DNA of 64,000 nt. Origin: Squalus acanthias (Eukaryota). Shown piece after piece: positions 1-13,454 of this stretch (position 1 is the stretch's first letter; every line of letters starts with the position of its first letter). The position numbers and the translations under genes were made by a program. The notes beneath the pieces were generated by a model. It saw only the letters and a program-made list of their open reading frames with translations, searched no databases and had not been told where the DNA came from. The stretch covers positions 139,874,001-139,938,000 of the forward strand of contig CM059432.1 of NCBI GenBank assembly GCA_030390025.1, read 5' to 3'.

Positions 1-170
1 GCTTGCTCCCGCCGAAGAGACTCGAGGTGTTCGGCGCCTTCCCGGATGCTTCTCCTCCACTTTGTGCGGTCTTGGGCCAGGGATTCCCAGGTGTCGGTGG
101 GGATGTTGCACTTTTTCAAGGAGGCTTTGAGGGTGTCCTTGAAGCGCTTCCTCTGCCCACCTGGGTTCTT
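1..170 (-). mobile_element. RTE-clade LINE fragment (C-terminal part of ORF), runs off the window edge
   Basis: Reverse strand translates to PGGQRKRFKDTLKASLKKCNIPTDTWESLAQDRTKWRRSIREGAEHLE, the typical RTE/BovB C-terminal motif. Confidence 0.8.
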
Positions 171-429
171 TAGGATATTACTACAACTGCAGCAATAATA
201 ATTTAGATTTATATAGCATTAGTCACACAAAAGACCATTTCAGAGCATTTTACAAGAGAAGAAGTGGATACTGAGCAGGAAAAGGAGGAGTTTGAGAGGC
301 GGGAAACAAATGCACAGTTGAAGGGATCTTTTCCAAGGGGCTTTTGAAGGCAGAGTGCAGGGGTTTAAAATTGGGCCATTAGTTATTTTTAGTCAATATT
401 ATTTTAAGCATGGACTTGCAGATTGTTTT

Positions 430-862
430 AAATCTCCCATTTTTCTTTCCTCGACAATAGTTGGCCTCTCCTCTCCTATGAGTGTTGACTCCTTGCTAGG
501 ATACGGTTCCATGGGTGATGGCAATCCTCGAGCACCTCACCCAAAAGGGCATTATGCAAAGTACAGTTTTCACAGTGCGTGTTGGCAGTTAGTCAACTGC
601 AGGGGGACATCACAGCCAAGCCTGATTCTATCCTTTTCTGACACCCACACATGTGCCAATTCAACATAGGTTTCTGTGTGATCAGGAATGGAAACCATAG
701 ATTAATTTTTCCTCCCTAACCCAAGGTGCTGAGGCCAATTGTAGTGTCCCAAGTAGCATTATGGCTGAGATCAGGTACCTTAGTACAGACTCCAGATTGA
801 ACCAGGGATCTTCCTGATCTCCATGGCTCAGATAGTCACTAGAAAAACTTGCTGGGCCATTT
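430..862 (-). mobile_element. old tRNA-headed SINE-like repeat
   Basis: Minus strand has a tRNA-like head with a B-box-like GGTTCAATC; diverged related copies at about 7040-7400 (+) and about 33600-33950 (-). Confidence 0.45.
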
Positions 863-1804
863 CAGGTGAGCTTAACCTCTCGATTTACTTTCTTTGTTGT
901 CCTTCTTCAGAAGTAAATGGCTACCATCTTGAAAATCTGCTAAACAAATTGTATTTAATAATGAGATGACCTGGGAATTTGAAATATTAAAATTCCCCAG
1001 TCATCTCATTATTGAATGCAGTTTGCTTCAGCAGTGAGTCATGCAGCTAGCATTATAGTCTGGTTCATGACGTGATATAAACACATTCAAAATAATTAAA
1101 TATCCATTGAAATTCACTGTATGTCATAGTATGGAAATAAAATCAGTGCTTATTGCTTCAACGTCATACAGCAGCCTACAAGACAAGCAGTTACTTCGAT
1201 AAATCTACTGTATTCTATGTTCTTTTGATGCAGTAACACAGCATTTTATGACAGGGAATTGATGCACTAAGTTACAAAACACGATGATGAATTGTAACAG
1301 ATATTGATTTTTTTTATGTGTATTTAAATCGATATATAGAGCAAAAAGGTTTGTATTAACTCCCTGACCCACTTGTAAACTAAGCTACACTTAGTACTGA
1401 GATGGTCCAGTGAATTTAATAATGAATCCTGATTTCGGAGATTTTGGTCTGGATTTTCCTCACGTTGATTGACTTGCAGTGGGGCATCGTAAAACCCGCC
1501 AATGTGAAACTGCTGCAGTCTGCTTACTAAATAAAGTATTTTTTCCTTCATGTTTAATTTATTTTAGGCTTCTCTATATCATGCACGGACTTGATGGGCC
1601 GAATGGCCTCCTTCTGTGCCGTTATGACTCTATGACCTATGACTCTATGTACCTTTCCATGGCCAATGGGCTGGGTAAGCAACCTGATCTTGAACCATGT
1701 GACAGGAAGAGGAAGTATATATGGCCTAATAGATTAGGATATTGGATCTGGGTTTGAATTCAACTAAGACTGATGTAATAAGAGTCTTCTCTCCACTGGC
1801 CAAA

Positions 1805-2190
1805 TAGAATCATAGAATCATACAGTACGGAAGGAGGCCATTCGGCCCATCGTGCCAGCTCTCTGAAAGAGCTATCCAATTAGTTCCCATCCTACCGCTC
1901 GTTTCTCATTACCCTGCAAAATTTTCCTTTTTAAGTAGAGATCCAATTCCCTTTTGAAAGTTACTATTGAATTTGCTTCCACCACCCTTTCAGGCAGTAC
2001 ATTCCAGATCATAACAACTCGCTAAGTAAAAGAAATTCTCCTCATCTCCCCTCTGGTTCTTTTACCAATCACCTTAAATCTTTGTCCTCCTGCCAGTGGA
2101 AACAGTTTCTCTCTACTCTATCAAAACCCCTCATGATTTTGAATACCACTATTAAATCTCCCCTTAACCTTCTCTGCTCTAAGGAGAACA
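1805..2190 (-). mobile_element. CR1 LINE 3' fragment
   Basis: FSLEQRRLRGDLIVVFKIMRGFDRV; (ATTCTATG)n tail and GGGCCGAATGGCCT 3' stem on the minus strand. Confidence 0.85.
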
Positions 2191-3192
2191 CCATTAGAAT
2201 AGAGCTACATAAGGTGAGTTTGGGCAATCTTAATAAGCCTGGACCCATAGTACACAGCTGATACAATTTGGCATTAAATGGCGATGTCACTCAGTGAGAC
2301 CATAAAGATCGCTGGTGTGGGATGTGGCACTATCACATTGGTGCTGTAGGAGGTGCTCTACTCAGATTGGGGTCAAGCCACATTGTTGGGGTAATGTGAG
2401 AGAACTTTACTGTGCATCTAATCCATACAATACCTCACCTTACAGTGCTCAATGCTGCCACTGGGTGCAAAAATAAAAAATTGTTTTTCCTAGACTTCCT
2501 TCAGCATGTTAAACATCAAATCAGCCCTGCTCAATTTTACACCAGGTAGCTGATGCAATACATGATGAATTTCTACCCCAAAGAATGAAACAGCCTGAGA
2601 GCTACATGTGGTCATTCTTCCTTCAATTTCCCTCCCAATGCAGTGGAGGAATATTTGACTTGTACTCCATGCCTTCCTCAAACAGCAGGGGTGACATTGT
2701 ATCACATAGGCAATTAGAGACCTGTGCCATGGCAACAGGATGTTCACATCACTGGTATCCCTAACTGCCTTTGAGAAGGTGGTGGTGAGCCACTTTCTTG
2801 ACAACTGAGTGGCTTGCTAGGCCAGAAAGCAGTTAAGAATCAACCACCTTGCTGTGGGTCTGGAGTCACATATAGGCTCTGGCAAATTCTTTTATGTTAG
2901 TGAACCAGATGGGTTTTTACAACAGTCCAATAGTTTCTTTATGCCAGATTTATTCAATTAATTGGATTTAAACTCCCTAACTGCTGTGAAGTGGGATTTG
3001 AACTCTTGTTCCATGGATTATTAGTCCAGGTCTACAGGATTACTAGTCAAGTAACATTACCACTATACTACTGTTCCTGTATGCAAGGTGGAGCAACCAA
3101 TTCATTGTTAATGCTAAATTCATTAAACACTGAAATCACTAATTACATGTAGAAGAACAGATGTCCAAGGGTAAATTAAATTATAGCTTCAA

Positions 3193-3641
3193 GGGCAACA
3201 CGGTGGCATAGTGGTTAGCACTGGTGCCTCACAGCGCCAGGGACCCGGGTTCGAATCTGACCTTGGGTGACTGTCTGTGTGGAGTTTGCACATTCTCCCC
3301 GTGTCTGCGTGGGTTTCCTCCGGGTGCTCCGGTTTCCTCCCACAGTCCAAAAATGTGCGGGTTAGGTTGATTTGGCTATGATAAAAAAAAAAAAAAAAAA
3401 ATTGACCCTTAGTGTTAGGGGGGGATTAAATATGTGGGGTTATGGGGATAGGATGGGATATGTTAGGGGGAATTAAATACGTGGGGTTACGGGGGCAGGG
3501 TGGGATGTGTGTACTGTGGGGATTAAAGCAGGGACAGGGTACTGGATTTGGATGATCAGCCATGATCGTATTGAATGGTGGAGCAGGCTCGAAGGGCCGA
3601 ATGGCCTACTCCTGCTCCTAGATTCTATGTTTCTATGTTTC
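3193..3641 (+). mobile_element. V-SINE (HE1-like), with a CR1-type 3' tail
   Basis: tRNA head (A box GGTGGCATAGTGG, B box GGTTCGAATC), V-domain GTGGAGTTTGCACATTCTCCCCGTGTCTGCGTGGGTTTCCTCCGGGTGCTCCGGTTTCCTCCC, CR1-like tail ending TTCTATGTTTCTATGTT. Confidence 0.9.
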
Positions 3642-3855
3642 CTGATTTGGTGTGCAATACATCAGTAAGTACACGAATGGTGCTGCGTAATAAGGTGCCT
3701 ATAATCGGGTATTGAGTGCCATGTCACCAGTGCTGTGCAAGCACTACGGGCAAAATTTCCTGAGAGTCTGTGCCACTATTCCAATGCTCTCCTAGCTGGC
3801 CCCCCACGTGCCACTCTCTGTAAACTTGAGCTTATCCAAAACTCTGCTGCCCATA

Positions 3856-5956
3856 ATAAAAACAGAAAATGCTGGAAATACTCAGCAGGTCAGGCAGCAT
3901 CTGTGGAGAGAGAAACAGAGTTAACGTTTCAGGTCGATGACCCTTCGTCAGAACTGGAAAAAGTTGGAGATGGAACAGGTTTTTAAGCAATTGTAGGAGC
4001 AGGGAAAGGGGGAGGGGAGGAAAGGGGTGTTTGGGGCCCTGGACAGTGGGAAGGGAGGAGGTAAAAGGGCATGTGTTGCATCTCCTGCGCTTGCACGTGA
4101 AGGTGCCAGGCGAAGGGGAAGGGGTGTTGGGGGTGATAGAGGAGTGGACCAGGGTGTCGCAGAGGGAGCGGTCCCTTTGGAATGCTGAAAGGGGAGGTGA
4201 GGGGAAAATGCGTTTGGTGGTGGGATCAAGCTGGAGGTGGCGGAAATGGCGGAGGATGATCCGTTGAATGTGGAGGCTGGTGGGGTGAAAGGTGAGGACA
4301 AGGGAACCCTATTGTGGTTCTGGGAGGGAGGGGAAGGGGTGAGAGCAGAAATGTGGGAAATAGAACGGACACGGTCAAGGGCCGTGTCAACCACAGTAGA
4401 GGTGAATCCTCGGTTGAGGAAAAAAGAAGACATGTCGGAAGCACTAGTATGGAAGGTGGCATTGTCAGAGCAGATGCGGCGGAGACGGACAAACTGGGAG
4501 AATGGAATAGAGTCCTTACAGGAAGCGGGTGGGAGGAAGTGTTGTCCAGGTAGCTGTGGGAGTCAGTGGGCTTATAGTGAATGTTTGTCAATAGCCTATC
4601 CCCAGAGATGGAGACAGAGCAGTCAAGGAAGGGAAGGGAAGAGTCAGAGATGGACCATGTGAAGGTGAGAGAAGGGTGGAAATTGGAAGCAAAGTGAATG
4701 AAATTTTCTAGTTCAGGGCGAGAGCAGGAAACGGCACCGGTACAGTCATCAATGTACCAGAAAAAGAGGTGAGGGAGGGACCTGAGTAGGACTGGAACAA
4801 AGAATGTTCCACATATCCCACGAAAAGGCAGGCATAGCTAGGGCTCATGCGGGTTCCCATAGCAACACCTTTAATTTGGAGAAGTTGTTCAATGTGAGAA
4901 CAAGTTCAGTCAGGCGAAGGAGGGTGGTGGTGGATGGGGACTGGTTGGGCCTCTGTTCAAGGAAGAAGCGGAGCGCCCTCAGGCCATCCTGGTGGGGGAT
5001 GGAGGTGTAGAGGGATTGGACGTCCATAGTGAAAAGGAGACGGTTGGGGCCAGGAAACTGGAAACTGTTAAAGTGGCGGAGGGCGTCGGAAGAGTCGCGG
5101 ATGTAGGTGGGAAGAGACTGGACAAGGGGAGAAAAAATAGAGTCGAGATAGGAAGAGATAAATTCCGTGAGGCAAGAACAGGCTGAAACGATGGGTCTAC
5201 CAGGGCAGTCCTGTTTGTGGATCTTGGGAAGGATGTAGAAGCGGGCTGTGGGTTGGGGAACTATGAGGTTGGCAGCCGTGGAGGAAAGATCTCCAGAGGA
5301 GATGAGGTAATTGACAGTCTTTGGAAACGATGGCTTGATGTTCGGTAGTGGGGTCATGGTCCAGGGGGAGGTAGGAGGAGGTGTCGGAGAGTTGGTGTTC
5401 AGCCTCCGCTAAGTAGAGGTCGGTTCGCCAAACAACAACAGCACCACCCTTGTCAGCAGGTTTAATGACAATGTTGGGGTTGGATCTGAGAGAATGGAGT
5501 GCTGCAAGTTCAGAGGGAGGTAGGTTGGAGTGGGTGAGGGGAGCAGAGAAATTGAGACGGCCGATGTCACACCGGTGGTTTGCAATGAAAAGATCTAGAG
5601 AGGTTAAGAGGCCAGAGGGAGGGGTCCAGGTAGAACAAGAATTCTGAAAATGGGAGAAAGGGTCAGCTGTGCGGAGGGAAGACTCCTGGCCAAAGAAGTG
5701 GGCACGGAGACAAAGGTGACGGAAAAAGAGCTCAGCGTCATGCCGAGCTCGAAATTCATTGAGGTGGGGGCGTAAGGGGATGAAGCTCAGGCCTTTGCTG
5801 AGGACTGATCGTTCGGTGTTAGAGAGGGGAAGGTCAGAGGGGATAGTGAAAACACAGCAGGGGGTGAGATTGGAAGAAGGGATGGGGTCAGAGGAAAGTG
5901 AAGGGGAAGAAGGTTCCGAAGGGGCGTTGGTGTCCAAGAGTTGTTGAAGCTTACAA
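3856..5956 (-). mobile_element. Penelope-like element (Neptune-type), frameshifted RT, GIY-YIG domain deleted
   Basis: LSKGLSFIP, IKPADKGGAVVVW, FYILPKIHK..PGRPIVS, FTMDVQSLYTSIPH; 13-bp TSD TCTGYTGCCCATA at 3843-3855 and 5957-5969. Confidence 0.92.
3919..3955 (-). ncRNA. minimal type I hammerhead ribozyme (family A)
   Basis: Minus strand AGTT-CTGACGA-A-GGGTC-ATC-GACCT-GAA-ACGT-T-AACT: intact core, stems I and II, palindromic stem III. Confidence 0.85.
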
Positions 5957-7447
5957 TCTGTTGCCCATATCCTGACCCACACCAAGTCCCGTTCACCCAT
6001 CACCCCTGTGCTCCCAGTGTGGCAACGCCTTGATTTAAAAATTTCATCCTTGTTTTCAAATCCCTCCATGGCCTCGCCCCCTCCCTATCTCTGTAACATC
6101 CTCCAGTCCTTAAACCCTCCAAGATATCTGTGCTCCTCCAATTGTGGCCTCTAGTGCATCCCTGATTTTAATCACTCCACCAGTGCCGGCTGTGCTTTCC
6201 GATGCCTAGGCCCGAAGCTCTGGAAGTGCCTCCCTAAACCTCTCCGCCTCTCTACCTCTTTCTCCTCCTTTAAGACGCTCCTTAAAACTTACCTCTTCGA
6301 CCAACTGTCCTAATATCTCCTATGTGACTCGGTGCCAAATGTTGTTTGATAACGCTTCTGATAAAGAAACTTGGGACGATTTACGATGTTAAATGCGCTA
6401 TATAAATGCGAATTGTTGTTCTTGTTGTTTTACATATGCCGTACACAAATGAGCTGACCTCACCAGATAAAGTGAGGTCAGCTCATCTGCATTGAAATTA
6501 CAATATAGATGCAGGCTGTTTGGCCTAACCAGTCCGTGTGGGTGGCTATCCTCCACACGAATCGTAGTCCTAATCCCATGTGCCCACTCTGTTCCCATAT
6601 CCCTTTATTCCCCTTTCCTTCAACCACCTATCTAACCTATTCATAAAAGTTGACATGATCTCTGCTTCAATCATTAACTCCAGTAGTGCATTCCGCAGCC
6701 TCATAACCCTCTATGTAAAAACGTTTCTCCTGCTCTCTGTCCTAACATTAACCTTGTATATATGTCCCCTCGTTCTAGACCCCTCAATCACTGGAAACAT
6801 TGGGGCCGCTTTTCAACTGCTGACTGTCCGTTTCTCACCTCAATTATGTTGGATTAGGGGCCTAATGAGCCTAGTGCACAGCTAATAGTGCACAGTCTCT
6901 GCTTGCATTTGGATGCACTAAGCACCTTGGACACATTGTAGGCTTCAGGTCTCTGCCTGATTTTCCAGGGTGCCTGCCATTGCATTACCAGACCCTAAAA
7001 AGTTCAGCATAGTACTGGCATAGGCACTGCCAAGTGTCACACGGAGCCACGAAGATCTGCAAGGTGCCAGGTTTGATTCCGAGTTAAAACAAGTGATCTC
7101 AGCTAGACAAAGAGCAGGAATGACATAACTGACCTCAGTATTCCTTGGATAAGGAGAGCGATAAAAATCCGGCAGGGTTCTTGCACTTGATCACTATGCA
7201 GTGATGCCGACTGAGATGTGTGTGGGTATGGGTGTGAGGACAGGATTGGGCTCAAATGTGATACCTCAATGTATAAATAGCCTGCTAGTGCTTGTTTCTA
7301 GGCTCACATACAAAGAAAGATCACCTGGATGAGGAACAGGGAGATGACAGATTAAGTCCATATCCCAGCATGAATTGGCACCTTCAGAAGAGACGAAACT
7401 GAAGAAACATATCAATACAAATGAATTGAACACTACTGTAGAATAAT

Positions 7448-7995
7448 GGGGGAAATTTTAACCCCCTAAAACGGGTTGGTTCCGATCCCTCCCTTCCTCC
7501 TCTGCGCTCCCCAGCTGCGGCCTCCGATTTCCCCCAACCCTTCCAGTCTCAGTCTCCCCCCCACCCCGACCATTCCGATCTCCCCCCCCCCCCGCTGACC
7601 CTTCCAATCTCCCCCCCGACCCTTCCGATCTCCCCCCCACCCCGACCCTTCCGATCTCCACCCCCCGACCCTTCCGATCTCCCCCCCCGCCGACCCTTCC
7701 GATCTCCACCCCCCAGCCAACCCTTCCAATCTTCCCCCACCCCACCCCCGATCTCCCCCACCTCCAACCCTTCTGATCTCCCCCACCCCACGGCCTTTCT
7801 GATCCCTCCCTCCTTTCCGCTCCCTGGCTGCGGCCTGTTGCCGCAGGCCTACCCACCTGGCTGCAGCTGGGAAATGGAGACAAAAAATGTTAATCAGGCC
7901 CTGCAGTTAAATTTGAGGGAAACCCGTTCTTCCAGGTTTATCGACTGCAAAAGCTTCCCATGCTCCCTCCGTGCCTCCGAGCTAATATCAGGGCC
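7448..7995. mobile_element. PIF/Harbinger-like MITE with an internal C-rich tandem array (about 7510-7800)
   Basis: GGGGGAAATTTT 5' end; repeated CCCCGACCCTTCCGATCT units. Confidence 0.55.
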
Positions 7996-8136
7996 AGTAT
8001 ATTTTAAAGTGAGCGTACATGTTGCATAGTATAAACTAGGTGAAATTCAATTTATAACTTATCGATCTACAGAAAAACACTCAAGATCTTTTCAATGGAA
8101 ATTCATCAAGTATACAAAATATCAGTTACATCAATA

Positions 8137-8624
8137 GGGCCCAAAAATTTGTGGGCCGTGATCCTGGTACTTTTTCCGTAATTGTGCCAGCAATGCTCTC
8201 TGGAATATGTGGGGTCAGCTGGGGTTGGGGGGGTGGGGGGGCGGTGCGGGTGTACCTAATTTGCATAGGGCATGTAAGCACATGCGCCAGTACAGGTGTA
8301 CCTCAAGCATGCACTAGGCCAACGCTGCCAGAAACTCCAACATCCACCTGTCACCTGAGAGATTTCATGCCACCAGCCCCGCCCCGCCCCTTCCACATCA
8401 GTGGCTTTGTAATGGGTGGCAGAGGCTCTGAGTGAGAAGTCCCAGTTTAGTTAAGGATCCAGTGTATCTGGTTTTTGGCCTTTTTCCAAGCCTTTCTGCC
8501 ACACTCCTGCTGGAGGAAGTTCGATTTCATGGCCTTGTAGATACAGGGAGGAATTCTGTGCGGCCACAATTTGACGGGGAGCATATTGGAAATTCGGGCG
8601 GGCACGGCCCACGATTCTCCGTCC
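8137..8624. mobile_element. PIF/Harbinger-like MITE
   Basis: Imperfect TIRs GGGCCCAAAAATTTGTGGGCCGTG / CACGGCCCACGATTCTCCGTCC. Confidence 0.65.
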
Positions 8625-10735
8625 ATTAAAATTAAAACTCATAATGAAGAACAAAACTATATGCAGAATTACAATGGTAAGAACGTCCATCAATGATTTC
8701 AGGTGTACGATAAACATGGGCTTATGGCTCTGATACTTTTCCTAATCAGCCACCAGTTGGCTATATTCCACACATTTGTGTTCTCTAAATTGTTCGATAC
8801 TTTTCCTGTCTACCAGGATGAATATCTAGTGAGGAACAAGATTAAGAGATAGAAGAATAAGTGCAGATAAAGATGATTGAATACTTTGTGAAACATAGTA
8901 GTTTCTGAATCGCTTGGACATTGAAAATATAATGCCAAGGAAGGCAGCCAGTCTAGGATGAATAATTGTAGAGTGTAAGATTAGATAGGTATTCTGGAGA
9001 AGTTTCTTCCTTTAGGGCAGGAAGAAATTTTGCAGAACGTTGCCTCAGGAGATGGAAGATGTTGGGCAGAGTCCATCAAAACAGCTTGTGGAAGGTGACT
9101 CCTTCATGGAAAAAATGGCCTGGGTATTGTTCCAGACGTGAAGTTTTGAAAGTCTTCCCTCATCAAACCAGTTAAACCCCTCTACACGCGCACACGTCCT
9201 TGACAGGGAATCTGAAACAACCCCCAGCACTGTTTACTAAGGCAAGACAAACAGGAGTTGACAGAAGATGGGAATAATTCAGATTTTCAGCCAAACTCCT
9301 GCATCACTCAGTGCAAGCTGGTTTGGTTAAGGTCAGTTTTAGTAGAAATCTATGCTGGTAAGATTTCCATAGGTTTTGTGCAAATCAAGATATTTTTTAC
9401 ATTTTTGCAGATTCCATTGAAATTTACACGTTTCTAAGCTTTCAGGGAAGAAAACTGTGTAAAATTAGATTTATTTTGAAGCCATGTCTTCGTATATTTC
9501 CATTATTTTGCCCACCCCAAATATTAAATAACCAAGTGATTATTGGCTAGCAGCATAATGCCACATTGCATTTTGTCTCAGAGTAGGAGTTTCTGTTACA
9601 AGTGTTCACAATGCCCCAGTCAAAATGGGCAGTAATTTTATTGTCATCAATCTGTGGTACTCACATTTCTGGGCAGCACTAAGTAACAGATCGAGCTGCC
9701 AGCACAATGAAGCCCTGCCATACCATAGAATCACATTTCAACACCTAAAAGGATGAATAAACATTTATTTTTTCAAGGGACTAAATTGTACCGAATGAAC
9801 TTATGAATCTGATGGTTTATGAAGTTAATGTTTGTTCAAAAAAGGATTTATCTTCTCAAGAAGTGTGTGATCAACGTAACCTTACTGTCATGAAGGAGTT
9901 GGGGCTACTTAGGGAGCCTGACAGCAGCCAACGTAATGAAAGAAAGGCATCCAAAAACATACATGCTGCAACATTTAGAGGATGACAGTATATTGGAATA
10001 CAGGCATCTAATCGAATCAAATGTGATGGTGGCCAACGGAATTTATTCAGCAAACCGTAGCCAGAGAGGAGCAGCCTCTTCCTCACTTAAACCAGAACAT
10101 ACCACACAAACACTTCCTGAAATCTCAACATAAAACTCCCCTCAGCTGGCCCTGTCAACTGAGCCATTGAGGAAGCTCAAGCTTTTATCAGCTATAGAAG
10201 TTAAAGTTTAAAATTTACTGGGCTTGGAGGTATCCAAAGTGCAGCTGCAATTTGGGTACAAGGTCCAGGAATTATGAGGTGCTGAAGCCTGAGGCCTACT
10301 CAGTTGCTCAATGTGCACAGTGCACGACAAGGCAGGCTGCAAGCAATTTATTATCGCATGTATCTCAAGTGATTTGGGTGTGTTGAACATGAGCACCAAG
10401 TGTGCATACGATGCATTAAAGCCATATTTTTCAGGAAATGAAGGGAGATCGTCATAGTGCAGCTGGAGCATCTGAAAGGCACTTAGTCATTCAGTGCCCC
10501 TTTCAAATGAGCTCTTCAAAAGAGGGCTGTACAAAATTTGATGTTTTTTTCCTGAGTGATGTCTCTTCCATATAGGGTATTCGTTCAATATTGTACCTTC
10601 AGCGGGCAATCTACGAATGGGGTCATTGTGCCCCAAACTAGTTGCCTCCCCAAAATCTGCCACAACTTTAATGGCAGCTAGCAGCCCTTTAATAGCTATT
10701 GGTGCCCAATAACCTGGTTACCCATAGCATGCCCA

Positions 10736-11015
10736 GTGGATGTAAAAGATCCCATGGTACTAGTCGAAGAAGAGCATGGGAGTTCGCCCTGGTGTCCTGG
10801 CCAATATTTATCCATCAACCAACATCACTAAAAATGATGATCTGGTCATTATCACATTGCTGTTTGTAGGATCTTGCTGTGTGTAAATTGATTGGCACGT
10901 TTCCTACATTACAACAGTGACTACGCGTCAAAAGTACGTCATTGGCTGCAAAGCGCTTTGGGACAGCCTGAGCTTGTGAAAGGCGCGATATAAATGCTAA
11001 TTCTTTCTTTTTTCT
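10736..11015 (+). mobile_element. DeuSINE (SacSINE1-like) 3' part
   Basis: Deu-domain GTAAAAGATCCCATGG..GTGTCCTGGCCAATATTTATCC plus L2-type tail. Confidence 0.8.
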
Positions 11016-12199
11016 TTATCATGTACTAAATGCTGGGAGAAGCACAAAAATATTTAAATAAGCTTATCGTGCGTTGAAGTGCAATTTAGCCTCTTGCTCC
11101 CAATGCATGTGCTGTGACTGATGCAAGCCGTTTCAGTGCTGCTGTGCCGGGACTATATTAACTGCCCCTATATATGGAGTTATTTCATTTCAATCATTTT
11201 AATATTGACAGAAACTGGATAGATAGACAGAAATTGCCATTAGAAAACCACTACTATTTGTATTTTGTGTTTCAAAAAATATGGCTTCTCAATGGACTAG
11301 AAATCTGGCTCGAAAAATGTTGTCAATATGTTTTTCAGTGTCTTCATTCGTAATCCTATATTTCCACTAAGACTGGTTTCCTTTCATTTCTCATTTCCTT
11401 TTTCATATGCCAGGTGCAGTCTCTGCAATGCCCATAGCATATGTGCTGCTCTCTCATCTTTTCCAAACTCCAATATTCACTGCCTCAGATATTTGCTTGC
11501 TGAATCTATTCTATGCCAAACTCAGTAATTCTGTGCTGTTGAAGAAGCAGTTAGAACCGATCACACTGGATTTTCTTCAGTAATTCACGGGGCTCTGAAC
11601 TACATGAGGATTCAGAAGACACCTCAATAGTAGAAAATAAAATCCCTGGCTTTATGATGCCATTTGAAGAATAATTCCTTTAAAAAGATCTAATCAGCCG
11701 TAGATTATTCTGCAGCAGAACAAAACTTGCCAAACATCTTTCTGTCATTGTTACATACAAACAAAACTGTTCTGTAATTTATTGCCTATGTCGGAGAATG
11801 TTTTTTCTATTAAGTGTTTATGGTTTTAATTTTGTTGTATTAGTAAAGCTCAAGCATCTGTTAACAATACCAGCAGGAAGCTTATGAAATTAGCCCAAAC
11901 ATATACAACAATACTGTAATTTGGCACAAAATGATCTTCCTATTTAACTCCTTTCAAGCCTACCATCACATCAATAATATATTTAGTAAGATCTTTTTCC
12001 ATCCAACTTCCATCCTAAGCTTTCATTTCCATTAAAGATATATTTAGATAGATACTCCCATCAAATCCAAAAGCTTCTTTGCAATACTTTAAAGTCTAAA
12101 GCAGGGGCACTCATTTCGAAGTCTACAGCTAACTGTGGCTTTTGCGTAACTCTGCTTTCGCCATCTAACCAGCCCTCCAGCTTCTACCCAACTCATGGC

Positions 12200-12565
12200 T
12201 AAAGTGACTAACAAACCCAATTCCTCGACATGCTTTAGCTGTTCCTTCCTGGGTCTGCTTAGCCCGATTAGAGGCATTCAGCAGAAGCTGTAGAGATATG
12301 ATTGCACTCTTTTGATCTTGTGCAAGACCTAGACAGTATGATTATTCAAAACATCTCAAACACCTGGTTCACAGAGTAATGACGGTGCCCTGTGAGCAAA
12401 TTGGTTTTCTGGACCTGTGGCAGTGGGGCTTCTAAGTGGACTCATAGCTAGGAGAGATTTTCAGTTCTTTGGTCACTCTCTCTCAAAAAGGCACTTTCCC
12501 CCTCTGCTTCACTTGGTCCAGCAGCACTTCTACTCCTGCCTCAAAGAACCTGGGTCTCTCCTACA
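12200..12565 (-). pseudogene. highly decayed Harbinger Myb/SANT-like ORF
   Basis: Minus strand RPRFFEAGVEVLLDQVKQRGKCLF resembles APRFSDAALEVLVEEVERRRDVLY at 34493. Confidence 0.45.
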
Positions 12566-13454
12566 GAACTAACAGACATTTTTCAATAGGAAATCTTCAG
12601 CCTCTGCTCCCAAGCCAGCCTGGTCCTTTAAGCTGCACAAGTGTTTAAATCCTGAAGGTGCATGCTATTTACTGCCCCCAAATAGACAAGGTCCCAATGT
12701 GAGGCGTCTACAATGGGTGAGTCCATAAGGAGAGTTCTGATGGTATTGATAAACCATTGATGAGGTACCAAGTGGAGTATATTCAATCTGGTTTAGATGC
12801 AGAAACCAAAGTCTCAGGGTGTTCCTATCCATCAGCAGTGGAAAACAGCACTGATGTCTGATCCTCTCAGGTAACCTAATATAATTTCAGCTAAGCCTGA
12901 ATGAAGTGTCGAATGTCTGCTAGGACTGGAATTCTTCTCAGAAATATTTATTCTTACTTTCTAAGTACACTGCTGATAGTTTGAGAGAGGATCTCAGAGC
13001 CAAATCGAACACACAATCTACCCAGGGTTCCTTTTGTTTGTCCAATTAATAAGTTGAAGGTTTCCATTGGGCCCAGATTTGTTATTTTTTTTTCTTAATT
13101 TTTGCTGAGTTGACTGTGTTTGCCACCTCGGCCAGGATAACTAAGCTAAGGCATTGCTGCCTTTACTGCCCTTCCCTGGAATTACTAATAAAATTTACGA
13201 GGGGAAATTGTGGTTCAGAGAAAGGCAAAGCCATCCAACCAGCACCATTAGTGGCACAAAAAAACCCAAATAGCATTCTGCAGTTTTCAAGAATTTGAAA
13301 CTTGAATCAGGCACACGCTGAAAACCCAAAAGACATTTTGGAATTTAAAAAAAAATCAAAAAATGTTCCAGGGCAGCAAGCCAGAAAATCAATGTAGCAC
13401 AATGAAATATACAGGGTTTCTCATGCAGCGGATCAGTTGTAGTAGCAACTGATG

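Larger units (their letters stand above)
3770..6430 (+). mobile_element. L2 LINE 3' fragment interrupted by a Penelope-like element
   Basis: YSNALLAG...LELIQNSAA at 3775-3850 resumes at 5957 and ends in the L2 tail GCGCTATATAAATGC..(TTG)n. Confidence 0.85.

Noticed and set aside
3193..3265. tRNA gene (also at 15128 and about 36290-36358)
   Set aside because: These are SINE heads followed by V- or Deu-domains, not stand-alone tRNAs
9800..10130. Short ORFs faintly resembling a transposase C-terminus
   Set aside because: Similarity too weak to call by eye
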